A stretch of 64,000 nucleotides of DNA from Candidatus Latescibacterota bacterium (GTDB lineage Bacteria > Latescibacterota > UBA2968): NCBI GenBank assembly GCA_965204745.1, contig OZ242010.1, positions 608,001 to 672,000 of the forward strand, given 5' to 3'. Position 1 is the stretch's first letter. The number at the start of each line of letters is the position of its first letter. This document shows, piece after piece, positions 27,833 to 37,109 of the stretch. The notes under the pieces are model-generated. The model was not told the origin of the DNA and ran no database searches. It saw only the letters and a list, made by a program, of their open reading frames with translations. A program made the position numbers and the translations under genes.

Positions 27833-28894
27833 CTAAAATTCCACGTTCAAATCAAATGACGCGCTTTGCCGGAGGGGGTAGTGGTAAAACTCGTCGTTTG
27901 AGCGATTGCGAGAAATGCCATAGCCAAATGAGGTCGTAACGCGCTGCGTGAGGGGCAACTCCAAGAGCGCGTCAAAAAACGAATGCACGTCTCGGCGCAA
28001 CCTGCCCGTTGGCAAAACCACGCCGCCGAGGTCAAGGGCGAGATCGTCTTTGTAAGACCGAGTTTCGTACCCGGCTTCGAGGATGATCCGAACCTGCAAG
28101 GGCAAGTGTTGCGTCAGGCGTGCGGTGATCTCATCCCCGCTGTAATCGTAGCGGTCGCGCAAAATATCGTCATTCCCGTAAATCAGGGCGATGAACCGCG
28201 TGGGATCGTCATTCGCCGCCCGCAAATTGATCCGCCGCTGATAGCGCGCCCGGATGCCCGTGTTGTGCATGATGGCCTGCGCGACTTGCACGCCCAAAAC
28301 CACCTGTCCTTCCGCGCCTTCTCGCAATTTGTACCCCAAGCCTAAGTCGCCTCGCAAGGTCGTGCGCGTGGGCAAGAACCTGTTGATCTGAAAAAATGCG
28401 TAGTGATCAACATAGCGCGTCACAGCCAAATTTCGATATGACCGCCAGTTAAACTGATACCCCACCCGTTGCAAGGTCTGCTCTCCGCTGTACCATTTGC
28501 CCTGCGCGTACCCGAACAGCCCGGTATAATTGTACACATCGTAAATCGACCGGTTGGCACGCGCCGCAAGTGCAAGCCCTGCAAACAACTTATCGCGCTC
28601 CCCGGTGTTGAGATTGCGCGCAAAATCCACGCCCAAGCGGTTGGTGGCAAAGGTTCGATCCTCATACCGTCCAAACAGAAACCCATCGCCCCAATAAAAA
28701 AGCCGCAGATGAGATGCGTCCAGGTTGATGAGGCGCGTCACGGAAATGGAAAGCCGGGTCACAACCGCGCTCGCCCCGGCATAGACGCCATCCACATTCG
28801 TATCGTAAGTCGTGCCAACGGTCACATCTGTCAGCACATCCGCCTCTGCTGTTACCAGTCCCATGAGCAATGCGATGATTGTCAGTCGTTTCAT
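27833..28894 (-). CDS. Putative outer-membrane beta-barrel protein
   Basis: Signal peptide, YDTNV N-terminal motif, alternating hydrophobic strands, C-terminal Phe. Confidence 0.65.
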   Translation of the reverse strand: MKRLTIIALLMGLVTAEADVLTDVTVGTTYDTNVDGVYAGASAVVTRLSISVTRLINLDASHLRLFYWGDGFLFGRYEDRTFATNRLGVDFARNLNTGERDKLFAGLALAARANRSIYDVYNYTGLFGYAQGKWYSGEQTLQRVGYQFNWRSYRNLAVTRYVDHYAFFQINRFLPTRTTLRGDLGLGYKLREGAEGQVVLGVQVAQAIMHNTGIRARYQRRINLRAANDDPTRFIALIYGNDDILRDRYDYSGDEITARLTQHLPLQVRIILEAGYETRSYKDDLALDLGGVVLPTGRLRRDVHSFFDALLELPLTQRVTTSFGYGISRNRSNDEFYHYPLRQSASFDLNVEF

Positions 28895-28905
28895 ATTCTC
28901 TACCC

Positions 28906-28935
28906 AAAAAAGGGGAAAGGCGTTTGCCCTTCCCC
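28906..28935 (-). terminator. Intra-operon intrinsic terminator
   Basis: GGGGAAGGGC-AAAC-GCCTTTCCCC-TTTTTT on the minus strand. Confidence 0.65.
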
Positions 28936-28947
28936 GGTGAGTGATGA

Positions 28948-29682
28948 TTATGATCCAGAAGACTCGTCTGGCGCCCAGTGATGGTGGCCTCTGAATCTCT
29001 TGAACCCGCTTCGCCGGCCGTGTCCATCTCCTCGGCGGCCTTGCCCGCCTCTGTGCAACCCCTCGGGCCGCTCAATACCCCATGTTTCGAGTTGGGCATC
29101 CACCGCAGCGCGAATGTCTGAACGGGAAGCGTCCGATGCTTTCAAGCCATCGATGAGGGTTCTGAGTTCGGTTTCTTGATCTTCGGTCAACAGCGCGTCC
29201 AAACCGTGCTCGGGTCGCTCAATGCCCCATTCGGTCAACTGGGCATCCACCGCAACGCGAATGTCTGAACGAGCCGTCTCGGATGCGCGCAAGCCCTCGA
29301 TTAACGCCGTCAATTCGGCCTGTTGATCTTCGGTCAGCACACCCGCCAGATGGGGCGAAATAACAGATCGCTCGGGAAGTTCAATGCCCCACTCGGCCAA
29401 CTTGGCGGTCACCGCAGAGTGAATAGCTTCCCGCGACGCCTCCGACGCACGCAAATCATCCACCAGCGTCTTCAATTCTGCACGCTGCTCTTCGGTCAAC
29501 GACGAAGATGCACCATGTCGCCCCAAAATGCCTCGAGAGCCGCGATGGTACAAGGTTCGCACATTGTCATCAATGCCATCGGCATTTTCATCCACAAAGG
29601 CTTGCGCCGCCTGCGCTTCTCGCCCACTCCACAGGACGCACGTCAGCGCGAGCGCGAGGCCATAGATCATCCACTTCTTCAT
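28948..29682 (-). CDS. Exported protein with three ~50-aa helical repeats
   Basis: Signal peptide, FVDENADGIDD, and 3x LTE(E/D)Q..EL..L...L.AS...R..I..AV.A.L..WGIE.PE. Confidence 0.75.
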   Translation of the reverse strand: MKKWMIYGLALALTCVLWSGREAQAAQAFVDENADGIDDNVRTLYHRGSRGILGRHGASSSLTEEQRAELKTLVDDLRASEASREAIHSAVTAKLAEWGIELPERSVISPHLAGVLTEDQQAELTALIEGLRASETARSDIRVAVDAQLTEWGIERPEHGLDALLTEDQETELRTLIDGLKASDASRSDIRAAVDAQLETWGIERPEGLHRGGQGRRGDGHGRRSGFKRFRGHHHWAPDESSGS

Positions 29683-29774
29683 CTTCTACTCCTTTCAGTT
29701 GGGTTGTGACCCCTCCCAGTTGCTCTGATCGGTTTTGTCCGGCCGGTACCAAATCCAATCCGAGCCATAACTGC

Positions 29775-29824
29775 CGCGCTTTGCGGCGGTAGTGCTTTTG
29801 ACGCACACAGGAACATTTGGTTCC
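29775..29824 (-). promoter_or_regulatory. Putative ECF-sigma promoter + conserved leader motif
   Basis: GGAACCAA..(16 nt spacer)..CGTCAAA followed by GCCGCAAAGCGCG. Confidence 0.55.
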
Positions 29825-30052
29825 ACCAAAATGTCTTACGCGCTGTCTCGTATTGTTAGATAAAAAAACAACCCCTCGCGTTCCGCTGAGGGGCCAAAAA
29901 GATCGGGATTTTTTTTGAAGGATTTTCAGAATGAAACGGAAAGCAACCACAGATGAACGCATGCGCTAAAGCGATTTATCTCAGTAGCGATAAAGCCAGT
30001 CCTTCGTCACTCTAGCGAGGTTGGGCGGGGCCTGACCACTGACAACCACCTC

Positions 30053-30745
30053 TTAGGCTGGCCTCAGAATTTTATATTGATCCCCATTGCCGCGCGGCAC
30101 AGTTGCTTCTTGGTACGAAACGATGAACGCCCGGCGCACGCGGGCTGTCTGATTGCCTTTGGAATGATGCCACAGGCAAGCGTGGAACAGCAACAGGTCG
30201 CCTGCTTTCACCGGGCGGGGAATCGCGTCGTCGAACATCAAATCGGCCGGCCCCATACACTTTGGGCATTGTCCGCCAAAAGGCCCATGTGTCACCACGC
30301 CGCCCTTGTGACTGCGCGGCACCACCCACAAACACCCATTCGACTCATCCGCATCCTGCAGCGGAATCCAAGTGGACATGCGCGTTTTGCTCAAGGCCCG
30401 CGTGTTGTAATACGCATCGTCCTGATGCCAGTGGCAGATGTCGTTGGAATGCGGCACTTTGACCGTCAACTTCGCCGAGTAAATCGAAATCCCGGGTTTG
30501 ACGATATCCTCGATCAGGGTCAGCACGCGCTCGTCCCGTGCAAAGCGGCGGGTCACTTCAGAGCGCAAGCCCAACTGCATGATCCATCCCCGGTTGCGCC
30601 CGGTCTCTCGTTGCGTCTCTTGAATCCGGTCGATCTCCCGGTCGATCTCCGCCAGTTCCGCCAGCGGAAAAACATCGGGCACGACGAGGTACCCCTGCTC
30701 GTCATAGACCGCCAACTCATCGGAACTGAGCTTGCGATTCGTCAT
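30053..30745 (-). CDS. Phytanoyl-CoA dioxygenase (PhyH) family protein
   Basis: WHQD, NGCLWVVPRSH, GDLLLFH...HHS..N..R. Confidence 0.88.
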   Translation of the reverse strand: MTNRKLSSDELAVYDEQGYLVVPDVFPLAELAEIDREIDRIQETQRETGRNRGWIMQLGLRSEVTRRFARDERVLTLIEDIVKPGISIYSAKLTVKVPHSNDICHWHQDDAYYNTRALSKTRMSTWIPLQDADESNGCLWVVPRSHKGGVVTHGPFGGQCPKCMGPADLMFDDAIPRPVKAGDLLLFHACLWHHSKGNQTARVRRAFIVSYQEATVPRGNGDQYKILRPA

Positions 30746-30748
30746 CTC

Positions 30749-32047
30749 TCACTCCTTCAAAAACAATTCGACCACGGGAACGGTCACCGCGGGTTTTTGC
30801 ACGGGCAGTTCCAGGGTCAGGGTGTCGCGGGCGCGGCTACTGTCGCCCGTGTGCCCGGTGCGGGATCGCACTTCTGACGCGTCGTTCAACAACTGCGCGT
30901 ATTCTACTTTATCGGCGAATCCGTCCAAATGCAAATGCCGAAACGGCCAGGCGAAAATGTGGACGTACAGGCGATGGGTCTCGGCATTGTACGTCAAGCG
31001 GCAATCCTCGGGCGGTTGAAATCCCGCGGGCGCGGCCGTGCAACCGTAAATGGATCGACTGTGCCATTTCATCCACTCGCCGATCCCGCTGAGGCAATGC
31101 AGGGCGCGATCATCGAACGCGCCGCGCCCGGTCGGCCCGACATTGAGCAACAAATTGCCCCCGCGGCTCACCACGCCGATCAGCATTTGCACGAGTTGCT
31201 CCACGCTTTTCCAACTCGCCTCGTCGCGGTGATAGCCCCACGATCCCGAAAAGGTCTGGCACGTTTCCCACAACACGCGGTCGCCTTGGTACGTCACCCA
31301 CTCGCGGGGCATGAATTGTTCGGGCGTGCGGTAATCCCATCCGCCTTCCACATCGTCCAAATCCAAGCGGTCATTGATCACGATGCCCGGTTGCAACGCG
31401 CGCGTCATTTTCATCAACGCCACGCTGTTCCAATCGTCTCTGCCCTTGCCATCAAACCCCTCGGGCCTGCCCCGTGCGCCGGGCGGATAGCTGAAGTCGT
31501 AAAACATCATATCCACTTTGCCGTATTCGGTCAGCAACTCGCGCACCTGCCCGTGCAAATACGCCGCGTATTGGGCCTGATCGCGCGATTCGTTCAGCGC
31601 GTCCTTGTCCGGGTGATTTCGCAAGGCGTGAATCGCGTCGATCCGAAACTGCGGGTGGTGCCAGTCGATCAGGGAATGGTAAAACCCGACCTTCATTCCC
31701 CGCGCCCGAAACGCGTTCGCCATCGGCTTGAGCAAATCCCTGCGTGCAGGCGTGTTGGTCGCCTTGTAATCGGTCAACTTGGAGTCCCACAGCGCGAACC
31801 CCTCGTGGTGCTTGGTCGTCACGCAAAAATACTTCATCCCGGCCTGCGCCGCGGCGTCTGCCCAGGCTTCGGGGTCGTACAAATCCGGATCGAAGTACTT
31901 CAAATACCGGTCGTACTGCGCGTCCGAAATTTCTTCTCGTTGCTTCACCCACTCGTGGCGTGCGGGCAATGCGTACAGCCCCCAGTGGATGAACAAGCCA
32001 AATCGGTCGTGCGTGAACCAACTCGTATCACCGTGCAACTCTGACAT
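30749..32047 (-). CDS. Alpha-L-fucosidase (GH29)
   Basis: RFGLFIHWGLY, TTKHHEGFALW, INDRL, GGNLLLNVGP. RBS AAAGGAG before ATG 32047. Confidence 0.92.
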   Translation of the reverse strand: MSELHGDTSWFTHDRFGLFIHWGLYALPARHEWVKQREEISDAQYDRYLKYFDPDLYDPEAWADAAAQAGMKYFCVTTKHHEGFALWDSKLTDYKATNTPARRDLLKPMANAFRARGMKVGFYHSLIDWHHPQFRIDAIHALRNHPDKDALNESRDQAQYAAYLHGQVRELLTEYGKVDMMFYDFSYPPGARGRPEGFDGKGRDDWNSVALMKMTRALQPGIVINDRLDLDDVEGGWDYRTPEQFMPREWVTYQGDRVLWETCQTFSGSWGYHRDEASWKSVEQLVQMLIGVVSRGGNLLLNVGPTGRGAFDDRALHCLSGIGEWMKWHSRSIYGCTAAPAGFQPPEDCRLTYNAETHRLYVHIFAWPFRHLHLDGFADKVEYAQLLNDASEVRSRTGHTGDSSRARDTLTLELPVQKPAVTVPVVELFLKE

Positions 32048-32096
32048 GTGTTCTCCTTTCCTTACGCCCCGAATCGCACAGGGCTTGGTCGACAAA

Positions 32097-32432
32097 TCAA
32101 CCGGCTTCTGATGTTGCCGCGAGTTGCCGGTTGACAATGTGCCAAAACGCGACAATCGCGCCTTTCTCCCCATCGAAGAAATTCTCAAAAAAACCAGCCG
32201 AATTGAGCGGCAGGGGATAGGCATAACGCTCGCCATCATCGCCAATCTCAGCAATCCAATCGCCCGGTTCTTGGGGATCGACCACGTCAAACAACGCGGC
32301 ATCGTACAGAAAGGGCCTGCCCGCGTCGTTCAGGATGCGAAAATCATCGGCTTCAATCCCAATGACGACATAGTATTGATGGGCCGTGAGATCGGGATAG
32401 TCGGGATTTTGTTCTCGAAATTGGACGATCAT
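32097..32432 (-). CDS. Hypothetical protein (111 aa)
   Basis: Co-oriented ORF filling the gap, with protein-like composition. No recognised motif. Confidence 0.6.
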   Translation of the reverse strand: MIVQFREQNPDYPDLTAHQYYVVIGIEADDFRILNDAGRPFLYDAALFDVVDPQEPGDWIAEIGDDGERYAYPLPLNSAGFFENFFDGEKGAIVAFWHIVNRQLAATSEAG

Positions 32433-32476
32433 AGCGGACTCACTCGTTTTTGTTTTCTCTCGCGTTGCTCCTCGTC

Positions 32477-33478
32477 TCACAACTCCGACAACGACACTTC
32501 CCCGCCTTCGCGTGCGCTGGCGACTGCGCCGAAGACCATCGCCATGGATTTCAGATTGTCCGCGGCATGGCACTCGGGTTGGCGGTCTTCTTGCAGGGCG
32601 CGGACAAATTCGTTGAGCACGGGATTTGGCCCGTCAACTTCATCGAGCGCGATCTGCTCGCGGAGTTGCGGATTCTGCTTGTGCTTAAGGGTGTAAAACA
32701 GATCGAATCCCTCCCAGGTCAGCGTGCCTTTGGGCCCCTCGTAACGCCACTCGCCATTGTGACCCGCGGGCACATGCCCCATCGTGCAGCCGATCCCGCG
32801 ATGCGTGGCGACGATCCCGTTCTCAAACTTAAAAACGATCATCTGGCACGCGTCGCCCTGATGCCAGCCCCAGGGCAAATTCCAAGTGATGGCGTGCGCG
32901 CTGACCGGATCCGCATTGAGGGTATAGCGCATCATGTCAAAGTGGTGGATGCCCATGTCCGTGAGGAACATGTAAGGCTCGGTCACGTAATGGCTACCCG
33001 GATTGTCCGCCCAATCCACGTAGAGCGAGACGTCGAGTTGCGCCACGTCGCCAACGCGCTCGCTCTCGAGCAACCGCCGGGTCGTGCGCGGCAGGGCATT
33101 GAAGCGATAGTTCTGCGTGATCATGTGTTTGACACCCGCTTTTTTGCCCGCTTCAACCACGCGCTTGGCCGCTTGAAAATCATCGCTCAAGGGCTTTTCG
33201 CCCAAGAGGTTGAGGCCCGCATCAAAGGCTTTCATCGCAATGGTTTCGTGAACCGCGGGCGGCGTGACATCCACCGCAAAATCGGCTTGCACGGATGCGG
33301 CGGCTTCGCTGAGGTCCGCGTAGATGCGGTCCGCAGGTACGCCGCGTTCTTCAATCGCACGGGTTTTGTTTTCATCCGAGGGTTCGACATACGCGACCAA
33401 TTCGACTTCGGGATGTTGCTCACAGGCGGCCTGCCAATGACGCGCACGACCACCGAGGCCAACGAGGATTGCTTTCAT
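32477..33478 (-). CDS. Gfo/Idh/MocA oxidoreductase
   Basis: VGLGG Rossmann motif, EKPL, QNYRF, DMGIHHFD. Confidence 0.9.
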   Translation of the reverse strand: MKAILVGLGGRARHWQAACEQHPEVELVAYVEPSDENKTRAIEERGVPADRIYADLSEAAASVQADFAVDVTPPAVHETIAMKAFDAGLNLLGEKPLSDDFQAAKRVVEAGKKAGVKHMITQNYRFNALPRTTRRLLESERVGDVAQLDVSLYVDWADNPGSHYVTEPYMFLTDMGIHHFDMMRYTLNADPVSAHAITWNLPWGWHQGDACQMIVFKFENGIVATHRGIGCTMGHVPAGHNGEWRYEGPKGTLTWEGFDLFYTLKHKQNPQLREQIALDEVDGPNPVLNEFVRALQEDRQPECHAADNLKSMAMVFGAVASAREGGEVSLSEL

Positions 33479-33587
33479 AGAATAGCTCCTTCAGGGTTTC
33501 GGGCACGCACGGGACTGCGCCCTACGATTGCCTTTGAACGGACTGTCGCCAGTTGTACCCCGCTCGTGCCTTTTGTGGCTAGGTTGT

Positions 33588-33898
33588 GTTGACATTTCAT
33601 TTTTTGACGTTACGCACAGAGTAGCAACTGTGTTGCTTCTTGCTCATTTAAGGCGTTTGGTCCTTTGATGGCTTATCTCAAGGGTTGCTCTGATGGCGTT
33701 TTGCGAGGGGACCTATCCCCCGGCCCCTTTCCTACGAGGAAAGGGGAGTAAAGCACCTTTGATGGCTTATCTCAAGGGTTGCTCTGATGGCGTTGCGAGA
33801 GGGCATAAAGCGATTAAAAATCCCTCATCAATCCCCTCGCAAAACCGCTCACAGTTCCCCCCTTCCTCGCAGGAAGGGGGGTTAGGGGGGTAGGTCCC
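33588..33898. repeat. Repeat family A, extended copy
   Basis: Reverse complement of 10981..11280. Confidence 0.88.
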
Positions 33899-34034
33899 GA
33901 TAAGGCGCGACTGTTTCAGTTTCTCAAACCGTGAGCATATTCTGCGATAGGGCTTGATTTTCTCGATAAACCGCTCAAGCCAGTTGCTTTGCTCCTAAAT
34001 GTCAACAGAACCTAATCGCATCTCGCCTTTTGCT

Positions 34035-34859
34035 TCAAAAATCATCCGACTCGACGTACGCTTGGATCAGGCGGTCTTCCCCTGCTTTGCCGGGCAGGCT
34101 GATGCCGTGTTCCATGCCGACGATACCCGCGTAGTTCTTTGCGTGCAAGTGCTTGAAGACATTTTTGTAGTTGATCTCGCCGGTCGTGGGTTCCTTGCGA
34201 CCAGGCGTATCCCCCACTTGGAAGACCCCGATCTCGGCCCAGCAACGGTCGATGTTGGGGATCAAATTGCCCTCGGTGATTTGCTGATGGTAAATGTCAA
34301 ACAGAATTTTGCAACACGGGTGGTTGACAGCACGGCAGATCTGATATGCCTGTGGGGAGCCGGCCAAGAAAACGCGCGGGTGGTTCGTCAGGCGGTTGAG
34401 CGGTTCCAGCACCATCACCAGCCCCGATTCTTCGAGAATGTCGCAACATCGCTTGAGCAATTCGATCACATTGGCGGTCTGATAATCCCATGCGAGTTTC
34501 AAGTCGTACAGGCCGGGCACCACTGTACACCACTTGGCGTTCACGCGCTTGGCAATGTCAATCGCGGCTTTGATGTTCTGCAACACAGCTTGTTTTGCGT
34601 CTTCGTCGTCGCCGGCAAACGTGACATCGGAAAACGACCCCGTCGCCACAAAAACGCCCATCTCGATGTTCAGGCGGGCCATTTCCGCGGCGATCTTTTC
34701 CTGCAAACCCACTTCGCGTTTGGGCATGCCATTGTCTTCCCAGGCCGTAAAGCCCTGGTCCGCGGCGTATTTGAGTTGGTCGAGATAGTCATTGCCCGCG
34801 CTGTGCGCGAAGTGGCCGTAATGCGGGGCGTATTTGAGTTTGAACTCGCGTTGGGGCAT
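34035..34859 (-). CDS. Hydroxypyruvate-isomerase-like TIM-barrel protein
   Basis: LEPLN, LFDIYHQQITEGN, GDTPGRKEPTTGEINY, GMEH. Confidence 0.85.
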   Translation of the reverse strand: MPQREFKLKYAPHYGHFAHSAGNDYLDQLKYAADQGFTAWEDNGMPKREVGLQEKIAAEMARLNIEMGVFVATGSFSDVTFAGDDEDAKQAVLQNIKAAIDIAKRVNAKWCTVVPGLYDLKLAWDYQTANVIELLKRCCDILEESGLVMVLEPLNRLTNHPRVFLAGSPQAYQICRAVNHPCCKILFDIYHQQITEGNLIPNIDRCWAEIGVFQVGDTPGRKEPTTGEINYKNVFKHLHAKNYAGIVGMEHGISLPGKAGEDRLIQAYVESDDF

Positions 34860-34974
34860 GGAAAGCTCCTCGTGAAAAATGATTGTCCAAAACGAAAATT
34901 TAATTTGACAGGATAAGGCGCGTGTGTCAAACAGAAAATCCACGCCCATTGCGCGATGGCCTGCGGATTTCACC

Positions 34975-35003
34975 TTGACAAAACACGCACAGACGGGGAT
35001 AAT
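34975..35003 (+). promoter_or_regulatory. Putative sigma70 promoter for msrA
   Basis: TTGACA-17 nt-GATAAT. Confidence 0.55.
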
Positions 35004-35066
35004 GGACCGATCATCGTTCAACCCCTACCGCTCCACTGCTGACCGCTTAGGCGGTGGCGGGGCGGT

Positions 35067-35156
35067 CTCACCTCTCCCGTCTTCCCTCTCACCGAAGGGG
35101 CGGGCACGGTGGCGGGGGGTTGCCTCACCTCTCCCGTCTTCCCTCTCACCGAAGGG
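35067..35156. repeat. Two identical 33-bp direct repeats in msrA leader
   Basis: CTCACCTCTCCCGTCTTCCCTCTCACCGAAGGG at 35067 and 35124. Confidence 0.85.
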
Positions 35157-35197
35157 AGTGGGGCGGGGTGGGAACTAACTACTGAAAGGAACACAAC

Positions 35198-35743
35198 ATG
35201 TCGTCTAAACCAATCGAAACAGCCACACTGGGCGGCGGGTGCTTCTGGTGTGTGGAGGCGATTTATCAGGATGTGATCGGCGTGCAACGGGTCGTCTCTG
35301 GGTACGCGGGGGGATCGGTTGAACATCCGACTTATCATCAGGTGTGTTCGGGCAACACGGGACACGCCGAGGTGGTGCAAATCGCGTTTGATCCAGCCGC
35401 GATTTCGTTTGCGGAACTCCTGTTCATTTTCTGGCGCACGCACGATCCCACGACCTTGAATCAACAGGGGCATGACGTGGGCACGCAGTATCGGTCTGTG
35501 ATTTTTTACCACGATGACCAGCAGCGCGAAATTGCCGAACAGTCCTTGTCCGAAACAGACGCATCGGACTTGTGGCCCGATCCCATTGTGACGGAAATCG
35601 CGCCGTTGCCGACATTTTACAAAGCGGAAAATTACCACCAGAATTACTTTGTTCAAAATCCGTATCAGCCGTATTGCATCGCGGTGATCCATCCCAAAGT
35701 GCAAAAGTTCCGCAAGGCGTTTCGGGATAAGTTGAGAGGTTGA
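35198..35743 (+). CDS. msrA: Peptide-methionine (S)-S-oxide reductase
   Basis: GGGCFWC, GHAEVVQ, HDPTTLNQQGHDVGTQYRS, AENYHQNY. Confidence 0.96.
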   Translation: MSSKPIETATLGGGCFWCVEAIYQDVIGVQRVVSGYAGGSVEHPTYHQVCSGNTGHAEVVQIAFDPAAISFAELLFIFWRTHDPTTLNQQGHDVGTQYRSVIFYHDDQQREIAEQSLSETDASDLWPDPIVTEIAPLPTFYKAENYHQNYFVQNPYQPYCIAVIHPKVQKFRKAFRDKLRG

Positions 35744-35811
35744 GCAAAAGACTCCTCCCCATTGTATCTTTGGGCGAGCCTACAATGAGCGGAGCGAATA
35801 ACGGGGCTAAC

Positions 35812-35860
35812 AAAAAAGGAGCGCGTCATCATTTATCGACGCGCTCCTTTAATTTTTTTT
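35812..35860. terminator. Bidirectional intrinsic terminator
   Basis: AAAAAAGGAGCGCGTC..GACGCGCTCCTTT hairpin between convergent genes. Confidence 0.75.
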
Positions 35861-35906
35861 GGAGATAGACGCTATTAAAACAACGTCCATCGCCCCTTAA
35901 CAATCC

Positions 35907-36317
35907 CTACTCACTCCGCCCATTTTTCACATCCTTCCCCAACTCCAGCACCTCACGGGCAACCGCCTCACACATCCCCTCATCAATCCCCCTATCTCGC
36001 AATTTTACCATGACTGCATCGAGCGTCCTTGACTGACCCTCATCAAAACCTTCACCAAAACCTTTACCAAAACCTTCATCATATCGCCGTCTCAATGCCC
36101 CTGAAAAAATCATCGCGACCTCCCCTGTGGAAACAAAAAACCACAACAAAAAACCACCAAACCCCAACAAATCCCCCCAACCCGATATACTACGCTTAAA
36201 ATCCAAACCAAAACAGAGACTATATGCCCCTATCATCCCTACATTGATCCCAAAAATAATCCCTGCAAACAACTTCGGATACCGCGCAACCAACTCAAAT
36301 CTATACCCTGTATCCAC
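35907..36317 (-). CDS. Small two-TM membrane protein with (G/D)EGF-repeat C-terminal domain, long form
   Basis: Two hydrophobic segments, then an internal GGAGG-5nt-ATG at 36113. Confidence 0.6.
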   Translation of the reverse strand: MDTGYRFELVARYPKLFAGIIFGINVGMIGAYSLCFGLDFKRSISGWGDLLGFGGFLLWFFVSTGEVAMIFSGALRRRYDEGFGKGFGEGFDEGQSRTLDAVMVKLRDRGIDEGMCEAVAREVLELGKDVKNGRSE

Positions 36318-36365
36318 TCGCCCCCCTATACAAGACGACTAAAACGCCAGCCCCTTAACAATGCC

Positions 36366-36788
36366 CTACTCACTCCGCCCATTTCTCACATCCTTCCCCA
36401 ACGCCAACACCTCACGGGCAACCGCCTCACACATCCCCTCATCAATCCCCCTATCTCGCAATTTTACCATGACTGCATCGAGCGTCCTTGACTGACCCTC
36501 ATCAAAACCTTCACCAAAACCTTCACCAAAACCTTTACCAAAACCTTCATCATATCGCCGTCTCAATGCCCCTGAAAAAATCATCGCGACCTCCCCTGTG
36601 GAAACAAAAAACCACAACAAAAAACCACCAAACCCCAACAAATCCCCCCAACCCGATATACTACGCTTAAAATCCAAACCAAAACAGAGACAATATACCC
36701 CTATCATCCCTACGTTGATCAAAAAAATAATCCCTGCAAACAACTTCGGATACCGCGCAACCAACTCAAATCTATACCCTGTATCCAC
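36366..36788 (-). CDS. Paralogue of 35907..36317, long form
   Basis: Near-identical, with one extra 4-aa repeat. Internal ATG at 36584. Confidence 0.6.
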   Translation of the reverse strand: MDTGYRFELVARYPKLFAGIIFLINVGMIGVYCLCFGLDFKRSISGWGDLLGFGGFLLWFFVSTGEVAMIFSGALRRRYDEGFGKGFGEGFGEGFDEGQSRTLDAVMVKLRDRGIDEGMCEAVAREVLALGKDVRNGRSE

Positions 36789-36836
36789 TCGCCCCCCTAT
36801 ACAAGACGACTAAAACGCCAGCCCCTTAACAATGCC

Positions 36837-37031
36837 CTACTCACTCCGCCCATTTTTCATATCCTTCCCCAACTCCAGCACCTCACGAGCAACCGCCTCA
36901 CACATCTCCTCATCAATCCCCCTATCTCGCAATTTTACCATGACTGCATCGAGCGTCCTTGACTGACCCTCATCAAAACCTTCACCAAAACCTTCATCAT
37001 ATCGCCGTCTCAATGCCCCTGAAAAAATCAT
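36837..37031 (-). CDS. Stand-alone short form (C-terminal domain only, 64 aa)
   Basis: AAGGGAGG RBS 5 nt before the ATG, directly downstream of a promoter. Confidence 0.65.
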   Translation of the reverse strand: MIFSGALRRRYDEGFGEGFDEGQSRTLDAVMVKLRDRGIDEEMCEAVAREVLELGKDMKNGRSE

Positions 37032-37069
37032 CGCGACCTCCCTTTTAATTGGCTCCCTTCACAAAACAA

Positions 37070-37098
37070 AAGATACGCAGGTGCATGGGAGATGTCAA
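37070..37098 (-). promoter_or_regulatory. Putative sigma70 promoter of the tandem array
   Basis: TTGACA-17 nt-TATCTT. Confidence 0.6.
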
Positions 37099-37109
37099 CT
37101 CCCGAAACT

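Larger units (their letters stand above)
35892..37042. repeat. Tandem array: units 35892-36349, 36350-36820, partial 36821-37042
   Basis: Near-identical units that differ mainly in a 12-bp VNTR. Confidence 0.92.

Noticed and set aside
35067-35156. CRISPR-like pair of 33-bp repeats
   Set aside because: Only two copies, the intervening DNA is itself partly repeated, and there are no cas genes.
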